NCBI GenBank assembly: GCA_018649885.1
Contig: JABIHA010000149.1
Location: 1-53,696 of the forward strand
Length of the DNA: 53,696 bases
Source of the DNA: Bacteriovoracaceae bacterium
GTDB lineage: Bacteria; Bdellovibrionota; Bacteriovoracia; Bacteriovoracales; Bacteriovoracaceae
Reading direction: 5' to 3'
The notes under the pieces were generated by a model, which saw only the letters and a program-made list of their open reading frames with translations, was not told the DNA's origin and made no database searches. Shown piece after piece: positions 38,828 to 47,294 of this stretch; position 1 is the first letter of the stretch; each line of letters begins with the position of its first letter. A program made the translations under genes and the position numbers.

Positions 38828-39901
38828 ATGACTAGAAAGATCCTGCACATTGATATGGACGCATTTTTCACCTCGGTAGAGCAAAGGGATAATCCAAGTC
38901 TGAAAGGCCGGCCTATTGTTGTGGGAGGTTCTCCTGAAGGAAGGGGAGTTGTGGCGGCAGCATCTTATGAGGCCAGAAAATTTGGGGTGAAGTCTGCTAT
39001 GCCTTGTGGGGAGGCGAAGAGAAGATGCCCGCATTTAATATTTGTAAAATCTAATTTTCAAAAATATGTTGAAGCCAGTAAAGTTATTCGCGCCATATTT
39101 AAAGAGTACTCAGACATAGTTGAGCCGCTGTCAATTGATGAAGCTTTTATTGATGTAACAACCAATAAAATTGGTGAGCCCCTGGCATCAGTAGTGGCCA
39201 AAAAAATTCGGGCCCAAATTTTTGAACAAACTAAGCTGACTGCATCTGCAGGAGTAGCTCCTTGTAAAATGATTGCCAAGATTGCAAGTGATATGAATAA
39301 ACCAAATGGAATAACTGTCATTTCTCCTGAAAAGGTTTTTGATTTTCTAACAAATCTTCCCTGTAAAAAACTTTGGGGAGTTGGACCTGTTACAGCTAAA
39401 AAGTTAGCTGATATGGGAATTAAAAAAATTGGGGATGTTAGAAATTTTTCTAAAGTTGAATTAAGACATATTCTGGGCAAGTGGGGGCCTACTCTACATG
39501 ATCTCTCCTTTGGCATAGACCCAAGAGAAGTGAGCTCTTCTAGGAATTTAAAAAGTAGGGGAGCCGAAAGGACATTTTCGGAAGACCTAGTTGATGAAGA
39601 AAAGATTTTAGAAAAATTAGAGGATCTGACAAAAGAGATATCTGGATCTTTAAAAAAGAAAAACTACTGTGGAAAGACAGTGACTCTTAAAGTTAGATAT
39701 GAGGACTTTGATACTATTACCAGATCGAAAACTCTTGGAAGTTACACTGATGAGGGGGAGAAGATTTTTGAAGTAGCAAAATTTCTTATGGAAGGCCAAA
39801 CAGATGTAGGCCTTAGGCCTGTCAGGCTAATTGGAGTTAGTTTATCAAATTTAATTGGGGAGAATGATCCCTTTCAAGTAGAGATGGACTTTCTTAATTA
39901 A
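38828..39901 (+). CDS. dinB: DNA polymerase IV
   Basis: HIDMDAFF, SYEARKFG, SIDEAF, AKIASD.NKPNG. Confidence 0.95.
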   Translation: MTRKILHIDMDAFFTSVEQRDNPSLKGRPIVVGGSPEGRGVVAAASYEARKFGVKSAMPCGEAKRRCPHLIFVKSNFQKYVEASKVIRAIFKEYSDIVEPLSIDEAFIDVTTNKIGEPLASVVAKKIRAQIFEQTKLTASAGVAPCKMIAKIASDMNKPNGITVISPEKVFDFLTNLPCKKLWGVGPVTAKKLADMGIKKIGDVRNFSKVELRHILGKWGPTLHDLSFGIDPREVSSSRNLKSRGAERTFSEDLVDEEKILEKLEDLTKEISGSLKKKNYCGKTVTLKVRYEDFDTITRSKTLGSYTDEGEKIFEVAKFLMEGQTDVGLRPVRLIGVSLSNLIGENDPFQVEMDFLN

Positions 39902-40200
39902 TAGAAAATTTCTTCGCTGGCAGTTTCTCTAACATTTCCCTTACTCTCTGCAATTTTCTGATCTAGGTGATCATCAATTCCATCAATTTTAGCGACTATA
40001 TTTGAATTAGCTTTGATTTCACCATAATAACTGCAACTCTGGGCCCAAGCCCCCATGGTTTTATTTCTCTTTCTGAGGCTTCTAGAATTATCAAATCGAT
40101 TCAATAATTTTGAGCACTGATCAATCCTATCAAAGCCATTTAGAGCAAAGGCCGGGAGTGAGAAAGTGATACACATTAAAATAATACTAAGTTTTAACAA
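39898..40200 (-). CDS. Small secreted hypothetical protein
   Basis: TTG start after AAGGAG; signal peptide ending AFA. Confidence 0.6.
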   Translation of the reverse strand: MLKLSIILMCITFSLPAFALNGFDRIDQCSKLLNRFDNSRSLRKRNKTMGAWAQSCSYYGEIKANSNIVAKIDGIDDHLDQKIAESKGNVRETASEEIFY

Positions 40201-40284
40201 ATTGCTCTCCTTAGTTCCTACCAGTCTACTCGGGAAAACAGTTATTAAACTTTAGATTTTTTGTCGGGTACCAGCTCCCTGATA

Positions 40285-40743
40285 TTAGGGCGTTATATCT
40301 TTTGAAAGTGGATTTGCTAAGGAAATGATAGTTTCCGTAGAGCTAATTTCCTTAATGGCCTGAAGTTTTTTGATTAAAAAATTTTGAAGTTCATCAATTG
40401 ATTTGGTCATTACTTTAATGAAAAGACCGTAGTTACCAGTGGTGTAGTGAACTTCAATGACTTCATCAAAGAGTTTGAGGTTATTTAAGACCAGCGGATA
40501 GTCTTTTGCTGTTTTTAAAATGATTCCAATATAGCAAGTGACATCAAGACCAAGTTTCTTGTGATCAATCATGACTTTAGTGCCGGTAATTATGCCGGCC
40601 TCTTTCATTTTATCAACACGAACATGGATGGTCCCGCTGGAAACATTGAACTTACGTGCCAGCTCTAAAAATGGAGTTCTACCATTACGCATTAGGTCGA
40701 CAAGAATACTTTTATCTAAATCATCAAGTTTTTCGTTCTGCAT
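40285..40743 (-). CDS. asnC: Lrp/AsnC family regulator, AsnC-like
   Basis: LDDLD..IL, GTIHVRV.KM..AGII, YTTG.Y..FIKVM..SID.LQ, STET.I; start 40743 after GAGGTG. Confidence 0.85.
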   Translation of the reverse strand: MQNEKLDDLDKSILVDLMRNGRTPFLELARKFNVSSGTIHVRVDKMKEAGIITGTKVMIDHKKLGLDVTCYIGIILKTAKDYPLVLNNLKLFDEVIEVHYTTGNYGLFIKVMTKSIDELQNFLIKKLQAIKEISSTETIISLANPLSKDITP

Positions 40744-40882
40744 TATCACCTCGCCAAGAAACAAATTATCAACAAAATCACAAAAGTTCTATGAATTTAT
40801 CAATTAAAAGCCTGATGCTGCGCTTTGTTTTCTAATTTTCGGAGTTATATTCGTTGAATGCAAACGCAATCTTGACCTAGTC

Positions 40883-40912
40883 TTGACAATTGTGTGTTAG
40901 CTGCCTTAAAAT
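40883..40912 (+). promoter_or_regulatory. Sigma-70-type promoter
   Basis: TTGACA-N18-TAAAAT. Confidence 0.55.
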
Positions 40913-40949
40913 GGTTCTTATCAGTTAGTGATTTCAAAGGGAGCCGTTT

Positions 40950-41018
40950 ATGCAAATTATAGGATTTAGAATTCTTTGTGGCTTTGGGTTGGGACTACTC
41001 GTTTGGATGAATATTTAG
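40950..41018 (+). CDS. Putative 22-aa hydrophobic small protein MQIIGFRILCGFGLGLLVWMNI
   Basis: AAGGGAG SD; promoter upstream and terminator downstream; below the ORF-track cutoff. Confidence 0.45.
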   Translation: MQIIGFRILCGFGLGLLVWMNI

Positions 41019-41041
41019 TACAACTCAATTTTTACAATTAT

Positions 41042-41073
41042 AAAAAACCCCGCATCCATTGCGGGTTTTTTTT
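41042..41073. terminator. Bidirectional intrinsic terminator
   Basis: A6-CCCCGCA-TCCAT-TGCGGG-T8. Confidence 0.85.
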
Positions 41074-41851
41074 ATCCATTTTCCATAAATTGTTGAGCCT
41101 GCAAATAATTTAAAACCGTATTTGAATATTGATGGTGAGAGCTCTTGGTGTATTTTACCTTAGTATAGATTTGCGCCAAGTTAGTAACCCCCTCCTTTTC
41201 AATTAGCTTTTTTAACTCAGGTAGTGAATTGTATCTCTCCCACCCAGTTTTCTCTTTCCGTGCGTACATATTGAGTATCTCAACATTCGTATAATCTTGG
41301 TAAGTTTCATGGTGAACAATTGCCTCTAGAGGGAGTCTGTCTCTTTTGTCTGGAACCTCATCGGGGTAACCTATAGCAAAGCCCACAACAGGTATAACAT
41401 GGGGAGGAAGATTGAGGGCATCCCCAATATTTTCACAGTTGGCCAGTGTTGTTCCAAGGTAGCAAACCCCTAGCCCTTCACCTTCTGCTGCCAGTGCCAC
41501 GTTTTGGGAAACTAGCGTTGCATCGATTGTGGCAATCATAAAGCTCATAAAATTATCAAAATTGGCCGGTGCCTGTCTTTGCTCTAACCATCTTCTCATT
41601 CTGTGGAAATCCCCGCAAAATGTTATGAGTGCAGGGGCCTCCACCACCATTTCTTGGTTGAAGTGTAGGGGGAGGAGTTTTTGTTTTAAGGAAGGTTCAG
41701 TGGTTACAATGATGGAATAGGCTTGCATATTCCCGGAGGTGGAGGCCCTAGTCCCTGCACTTAGTATTTTTTCTAATATCTTTGGATCTATATTTTTCTT
41801 CTTGTATTTTCTTATAGATCGATGGTTTTCAATAAAGTCAATTGTACTCAT
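41072..41851 (-). CDS. Nitroreductase, NfsA/FRP-like
   Basis: HRSIRKY, ASTSGNMQAYSII, GLG.CY.G, IGYP…RLP; start 41851 after GGAG. Confidence 0.88.
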   Translation of the reverse strand: MSTIDFIENHRSIRKYKKKNIDPKILEKILSAGTRASTSGNMQAYSIIVTTEPSLKQKLLPLHFNQEMVVEAPALITFCGDFHRMRRWLEQRQAPANFDNFMSFMIATIDATLVSQNVALAAEGEGLGVCYLGTTLANCENIGDALNLPPHVIPVVGFAIGYPDEVPDKRDRLPLEAIVHHETYQDYTNVEILNMYARKEKTGWERYNSLPELKKLIEKEGVTNLAQIYTKVKYTKSSHHQYSNTVLNYLQAQQFMENG

Positions 41852-42046
41852 AGCGTGTTCTCCAGAGGTAAATACCCACATTTTATAGATTGGCCAAAAG
41901 GATAAAAAAAGTGAATATTTCGAACTTATTGGTTCCCTATTGGAAACAATAAGAAAAGATATAAAATGTTCTGACATTTGGCTGACAGTATTGATTCAAA
42001 AATAGAATTGTGTCAGTATCTGGATAAGATTACCGATAAGGGAAAT

Positions 42047-42124
42047 ATGAAAACATCACGAAGACCACATTCCACTTTTAAATTTGATGATGATAGCTGG
42101 GATTATTTAATGGCCTTCGTTTGA
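42047..42124 (+). CDS. Asp-rich leader peptide MKTSRRPHSTFKFDDDSWDYLMAFV
   Basis: AAGGGA SD; GAT GAT GAT at 42086-42094 and GAT at 42101; precedes the attenuator and aspS. Confidence 0.75.
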   Translation: MKTSRRPHSTFKFDDDSWDYLMAFV

Positions 42125-42181
42125 GCGAAATAAAAATGATAATTAAACGAAGGCCTTGGTATTACCAAGGCTTTTTTTTTT
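42112..42181 (+). promoter_or_regulatory. Transcription attenuator (antiterminator/terminator)
   Basis: GGCCTTCGTTT (42112-42122) pairs with AAACGAAGGCC (42145-42155), which overlaps terminator GCCTTGGT-ATT-ACCAAGGC-T10 (42153-42181). Confidence 0.8.
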
Positions 42182-42190
42182 GGAGGAAAG

Positions 42191-43525
42191 ATGAAATTGA
42201 TTGGTGAAAGTAAAGTTAGTGAGCTAAGTGAATTAAAACGAAATCAGGGTGCTTACTTCGATCAGTCAATTGATTTTTCTGGCACAGTGGGGGGAGTAAG
42301 AGATTTAAAAAAGTTTGCTTTTGTTCAGCTGCTTACTGAAATTGGCCTAGTTCAGCTAGTTCTAGAAAGTGAAAAATTTAAAGAGGCGGTAATTAAAATA
42401 GGTGGCGCTATCTCTGTTAGTGCCATAGTTAAAAAAGCTAAGCTGAAAGATCAATTCCTTTCTCTAAAAGAGGTAGAGTTTTTTGTAACGCATTTGGAAG
42501 TAAACTCTATTCCAAATTCTGCTGCTCCTATGGACTTAACAAAGAAAGAATTAATGATAGGAAATGATGTTAAATTTGACCTGAGAATGATTTCTCTTAG
42601 GCATCCAAAAGAAGCAGCTATTTTTTCTATCCAAAGTGGAATTACATCTGGGTTTAGAAAGTACTTTGAAAAGATGGGACTAACAGAAATTAGAACTCCC
42701 AAAATCGTAGCTGCTGGAGCTGAGGGGGGAGCAAATATATTTAAACTTAACTATTTTGGAAAGGATGCTTTTCTGACCCAAAGTCCTCAATTTTACAAAG
42801 AATTTTGTACCGCTGCTTTTGGGGGCATTTATGAAATAGCTCCCGTTTTTAGGGCCGAAAAGCATAATACAAGTAGGCATTTGAGTGAATACACTTCTGT
42901 GGATGTTGAGATTGCTCACATTAAAAGCTTCTACGATATAATGGAGTTTGAGGTCGGCGCCCTAAGATTTGTGATGGGCCATCTCCGTCAAAACCACTCA
43001 CATCAATTAGAGATTATGGGAATAGAATTAAAAGAAATTGGAGATATTCCATCCATCACTTTCAAAGAGGCCAAAGAAGTCTTGAAAAGGGAAGGAATTG
43101 AATCTGGAGAGCCGAGTGATCTTTCTCCTGAAGAAGAAAAAGGACTTTGTGCATTTGTCTTAGAGAAGTATGACTCTGAACTAGTTTTTGTCACTCATTA
43201 CCCAACTTCAAAAAGGCCTTTTTATGCAATGGAGTCGAGTTTAAATAGTGAGGAGACTGATAGCTTTGACCTTCTTTACAAAGGTGTTGAAATTACAACT
43301 GGAGGGCAGAGGATACATGAGCTTGCGAGCTTAACTCAAAAGATGAAAAAAAGATCAATGGATATTGAAAGCTTTGAATTTTTCACCAATGCTCACAAAT
43401 ATGGACTTCCCCCGCACGGAGGTTTTGGACTAGGTCTTGAGAGATTTACTCAAAAGCTATTAAATCTTGATAGCGTAAAGCTTGCAACGATGTTTCCAAG
43501 AGATGTGACAAGGCTTTTTCCCTAG
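42191..43525 (+). CDS. aspS: Archaeal-type aspartyl-tRNA synthetase, probably non-discriminating
   Basis: 444 aa without GAD insertion; EGGA..F, QSPQFYK, FRAE.HNTSRHL.E, GGQRIH, PPHGGFGLGLER. Confidence 0.9.
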   Translation: MKLIGESKVSELSELKRNQGAYFDQSIDFSGTVGGVRDLKKFAFVQLLTEIGLVQLVLESEKFKEAVIKIGGAISVSAIVKKAKLKDQFLSLKEVEFFVTHLEVNSIPNSAAPMDLTKKELMIGNDVKFDLRMISLRHPKEAAIFSIQSGITSGFRKYFEKMGLTEIRTPKIVAAGAEGGANIFKLNYFGKDAFLTQSPQFYKEFCTAAFGGIYEIAPVFRAEKHNTSRHLSEYTSVDVEIAHIKSFYDIMEFEVGALRFVMGHLRQNHSHQLEIMGIELKEIGDIPSITFKEAKEVLKREGIESGEPSDLSPEEEKGLCAFVLEKYDSELVFVTHYPTSKRPFYAMESSLNSEETDSFDLLYKGVEITTGGQRIHELASLTQKMKKRSMDIESFEFFTNAHKYGLPPHGGFGLGLERFTQKLLNLDSVKLATMFPRDVTRLFP

Positions 43526-43528
43526 GCC

Positions 43529-44452
43529 CTAACCTTCTTCGGGATGGCAGAATACTTTGTACAAGTGGGGTTTTGCTAAAAATCCCACTCTTTCTGTCGT
43601 ATACAAAAGATCCCCGCTTGGAGTGTAGGTAATAGCTTCTTGCTGGATTAGGCGTTTTAGATCGACTTTCTTATGTATGGTATTTTCTAAAAGGTAGTGT
43701 GTTGAAAGGGAATTGACCGAGGCCAAATCCAGGTTAAATTCAAAGGCATTATTGTAATTTAGAACAATAAATTTCTTCCCATCTGGTGAGATATCCATGG
43801 AGGTGATTTTCTTAGGTGCATTTCTAAAAATTTTGCTTAAATCGATATCACCTACGAGAGTTAGTGGATATATTTTTTTAGTGTCAGCTTTGATCCAGGT
43901 TGAATGTGGCAAGGTAAATAGTTTGGGAAGCTCCGAGCCGGATTTTGTTAATATATATAAATCCCCAGTACCTGGATGTATTGAAAGTGATTCAGCATTA
44001 TGGGATTTTCCATCGTCGTAGCGTACTTTTATATTTTTAAAGGGCCTTAATATTTTGGGGAATTTATATTGTTCTTTTATTACAATGATATTTAAAAAGT
44101 CCCTACGGTGACCATTATCACCAATATCTCCAATAAAAAGACAATCGTCTTTTCCACATGGACCGACATCCATATCTTCAAAATCTACTGCGTAGTATCC
44201 GTATATCTTTACTTTGTTATTAACTCGGACTCTGGTATCTGTGACAAAGAAGCTTGCATCAGATCCACTGTCATTGTGAATGTAGATACGGTTGGTATAG
44301 GTGTTGCTGTAACTGATCCCACTAATTTCATTGTTTAATTTCTTATCAAAGGTAGCAATTTTTTTGGCCTTAAACATAGGGGAGCAAAGCTCCCCATATG
44401 CTTTGGGAAAGAAAAACAAAAATAAAAGAAAAACACAGATTTGTTTTTCCAT
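43529..44452 (-). CDS. Secreted beta-propeller-like protein (SdiA-regulated/phytase-like)
   Basis: Signal peptide; EISGI, HNDSG, DFEDM, GDIGDN, EAITY. Confidence 0.6.
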   Translation of the reverse strand: MEKQICVFLLFLFFFPKAYGELCSPMFKAKKIATFDKKLNNEISGISYSNTYTNRIYIHNDSGSDASFFVTDTRVRVNNKVKIYGYYAVDFEDMDVGPCGKDDCLFIGDIGDNGHRRDFLNIIVIKEQYKFPKILRPFKNIKVRYDDGKSHNAESLSIHPGTGDLYILTKSGSELPKLFTLPHSTWIKADTKKIYPLTLVGDIDLSKIFRNAPKKITSMDISPDGKKFIVLNYNNAFEFNLDLASVNSLSTHYLLENTIHKKVDLKRLIQQEAITYTPSGDLLYTTERVGFLAKPHLYKVFCHPEEG

Positions 44453-44605
44453 TATAAAACTCCTAAAATTCTAGTTGATAGTTTTTCGACGCGTACTGGA
44501 AAATATTGATTTTATGGTAGTTACAAAATTTTAGGAGAAAAATTTTCCTCTATAAAATTTGTAGTAAAGCTTGGTTTTGGTACTGCTAAAGGTGGAGGTA
44601 AAGTG

Positions 44606-44634
44606 TAAAGGCCAGGGTTAGAACCTGGCCTTTA
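44606..44634 (-). terminator. Hairpin terminator after 44651..45115
   Basis: TAAAGGCCAGG-N7-CCTGGCCTTTA. Confidence 0.65.
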
Positions 44635-44650
44635 ATATTTCTATCAAAAA

Positions 44651-45115
44651 TTAGAATTGAACTTCTTGTTTTAGCTTTCTGAAAGCATTTTGTAGTTGTT
44701 GAAATTTATGTGCAACTACAGGTATGTGGTGGATGCTGTGTGCGTAATGAAATTCCCTTTTTACTGTTCTAAAAGCTCTTTTTACATTTTGGAATTTCTC
44801 ATCAAGCAGCCAGCAAAGTGCTCCTTCGTCGGCCATATCGTTAAACCTTCGGGCTTCTCTTTTAAGTTGTCTTACATCAGATGCGAAGTAGCTATAACCT
44901 GCTACAGCGTTGATTAGATTCTTAAATTGAATGGCCTTGTTCTCAAGTTTTTGCGCTCTATAAGTAACTTGTGATCGGTTCCAACAGCCTGGGCTTGTGG
45001 CCACTTCTTTAGCAACTTCTTTTCCAACTTTTTTGAAAACCTTGCTCCAATCCACTGCTGATGCGTTAGTGGTGAAACCTGCTGCTAAAAATACTAATAC
45101 AAATAATTTTTTCAT
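44651..45115 (-). CDS. Secreted helical hypothetical protein
   Basis: Signal peptide ending ASA; GGAGAG SD. Confidence 0.7.
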   Translation of the reverse strand: MKKLFVLVFLAAGFTTNASAVDWSKVFKKVGKEVAKEVATSPGCWNRSQVTYRAQKLENKAIQFKNLINAVAGYSYFASDVRQLKREARRFNDMADEGALCWLLDEKFQNVKRAFRTVKREFHYAHSIHHIPVVAHKFQQLQNAFRKLKQEVQF

Positions 45116-45175
45116 CTCTTCTCTCCAAATGATTTAATTCCCAGCCTGGGACTTTTTCTCTTTGATCAATACATA

Positions 45176-45191
45176 AGCAAAGTGCGTGCCA
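45176..45191 (-). promoter_or_regulatory. Sigma-54 (-24/-12) promoter
   Basis: Minus strand TGGCACGCACTTTGCT matches consensus TGGCACG-N4-TTGCW, ~60 nt upstream of 45115. Confidence 0.75.
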
Positions 45192-45456
45192 AAAAATCTA
45201 AATGAATTCTTTATTAAAAATTCATTACTTGACGCGCGGCTACATTGGGAAAAGTGCAACTTTTCATGTTTGTAATGCACCATGGGATGCAGCAATTACA
45301 ACTATTTTGGCCATTTCGGGTGCCAGCTTGACTCCGAAGGAGGGTAATTTTCAAATAATGAGTAACACCTGGCAGCCATGAGCTGAGTTAATGAAACTTT
45401 AAATGTATTAATGGGCTTTTGAATGAAATAAGCGATATTGAGAGAGGGGAGTCTTC

Positions 45457-46572
45457 ATGAAAAATTTAATAATAGCAGTAGTAGTTCTTGTTTCAATTGC
45501 AGATGGATTTTCACAGAGTAGGCAAATGCCGTGCGCGGTGGCTTCAGATCTATGCAAGGGTGTAATGAATGTATCACCCAAAAAAGTTTACTATTACAGA
45601 AATTTTAAACTAGGTAAGCCAAATTCTGAAATCACCAGTGCTGTCATCATGATCCACGGTAATGGGAGAAACCCTAGAAGCTATTTTAATACAACCCTAG
45701 ATTCAGCGAGGATTGCCAGTGCTCGAGGAATCAAAAGATTTTCACTTTTTAACACTCTACTTATCGCACCCTCTTTTCAAACTTCATCTGATCTAAGTGT
45801 AGCTGAAAGAGTAACACACTGGTTTTGGTCTAGTGGGGGGTGGAAAGTTGGAAATAAGGCAGTAGGTGGTGGAAAAAGCTCTTTCAGTGTTGTTGACCAC
45901 ATTATTTCAAAGCTTATTGTAAGTGGTAGATTTATTAATCTGAAAACGGTTATTATCGCAGGACATTCTGCAGGAGGGCAGTATGTGCAAAGGTATGCTA
46001 TGTCTTCAGTTTTTCCTAAGAAGCTTTCAGATCGAGGGATAACAGTTAAATTTGTTGTAGCGAATCCTAGCTCTTATGCTTATCTAAACAATAAAAGAAG
46101 AAGAACCCGTAACTCCAGTCAGTTTGTAATACCTTACGTGACTATACCCATTGCTCCTTTTGTAGCACCTCATCCTAACTTTGCTTTTGTTCCACAAAAT
46201 CAAGAATCCTCTGATAATAGTAAAAGAAATATGTTTTGCCCGCCTACATATAATAAATATAAATATGGTCTCCAATTTAGAAATAGTTATTTAAGTCAAA
46301 TCAATATTACCAGGATAAGAAATCAGTACAAACAAAGAAAGGTTGTTTACTTTCTTGGCACTGCTGATAATCAGTCGAGTTCATCACTGGCAAAGAGTTG
46401 TCCGGCGATGGTTCAAGGTAAGCACCGCTATGAGCGCGGTAAAAATTTCAAAAAGTTCATGGATAAATTTTACCACGGCCATAGGCATAGTCTTGTTAAG
46501 GCCTCAGGAGTTGGGCATACAGCTTCGGGAATGTTTAAGAGTCTTGCAGGAGTGCAACTTTTATTTAATTAG
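45457..46572 (+). CDS. Secreted alpha/beta hydrolase
   Basis: Signal peptide; IHG..R, GHSAGGQYVQRYA, ANPSSY, GVGH. Confidence 0.8.
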   Translation: MKNLIIAVVVLVSIADGFSQSRQMPCAVASDLCKGVMNVSPKKVYYYRNFKLGKPNSEITSAVIMIHGNGRNPRSYFNTTLDSARIASARGIKRFSLFNTLLIAPSFQTSSDLSVAERVTHWFWSSGGWKVGNKAVGGGKSSFSVVDHIISKLIVSGRFINLKTVIIAGHSAGGQYVQRYAMSSVFPKKLSDRGITVKFVVANPSSYAYLNNKRRRTRNSSQFVIPYVTIPIAPFVAPHPNFAFVPQNQESSDNSKRNMFCPPTYNKYKYGLQFRNSYLSQINITRIRNQYKQRKVVYFLGTADNQSSSSLAKSCPAMVQGKHRYERGKNFKKFMDKFYHGHRHSLVKASGVGHTASGMFKSLAGVQLLFN

Positions 46573-47275
46573 AAAAGTAGCTGGTTGGAGTTTTAGTGGT
46601 GAGAGATTTAATATCGTGAGCAAAATGTGATTGGTCATAATAATTAAAATTGTGACCTAACTCGCTCCAATCGCCCTGGTTTCCAAACTGATTTACCCAG
46701 CGTCTCAAATTTTGAAATCGTTGGATTTTTTGAAAGGTTTTTGGGTTTAGTCCCGTATGTTTGAGAAATACTCTGCGAACTTGTTGCCTTGATAGGTTTA
46801 AAATACCTCCAATTTCTGCCACTGAATTTTCTTTTTCTAGTAATACTTTTATAGCAGTCGTTTTTGGGTCGTTTTTTAGATTTTTTTTTCTAAGGTAGTT
46901 TTCCCAAAATTCAATTCTCTTTTTATCGCCATCCAAGGAGTCCATCATTTCTGTGACCCATTTTGAGTTATCCATAAAATCACTGATGTCCACAGATTGG
47001 TCTGTAAACTCTGAAAGAGGGATTTGAAATAAATGAAAGCTTGCCTGCAGAAAAAATCGAACTGCGAAAATACGAAGGTTTGATGTTTCAAATGGCCTAG
47101 TCATGGGACCAGAAAAAAAGGCCCTTTTTTGATTTTCTTCAAGGCTGAAAATGATATCGACTCTGTTGTCTGGAACAACAATATGTCTGCTTTGCAAAGC
47201 CGTACCACTGCTAGACCAAAAGCAGTCTACAAAGGGTTCTAGATCTAATGAAGGCCGATACTCTGTGTAACTCAT
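46565..47275 (-). CDS. AraC-family regulator
   Basis: Y.EY.P…PFV.CFW, VVPD..VDIIF, C-terminal HTH YYDQSHF. Confidence 0.88.
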   Translation of the reverse strand: MSYTEYRPSLDLEPFVDCFWSSSGTALQSRHIVVPDNRVDIIFSLEENQKRAFFSGPMTRPFETSNLRIFAVRFFLQASFHLFQIPLSEFTDQSVDISDFMDNSKWVTEMMDSLDGDKKRIEFWENYLRKKNLKNDPKTTAIKVLLEKENSVAEIGGILNLSRQQVRRVFLKHTGLNPKTFQKIQRFQNLRRWVNQFGNQGDWSELGHNFNYYDQSHFAHDIKSLTTKTPTSYFSN

Positions 47276-47294
47276 CGCACGAATATGTCACAAA

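Noticed and set aside
42191..43525. Asparaginyl-tRNA synthetase call; T-box control
   Set aside because: QSPQFYK and GGQRIH are AspRS-type motifs; no T-box consensus was seen in the leader, and the leader codons are Asp
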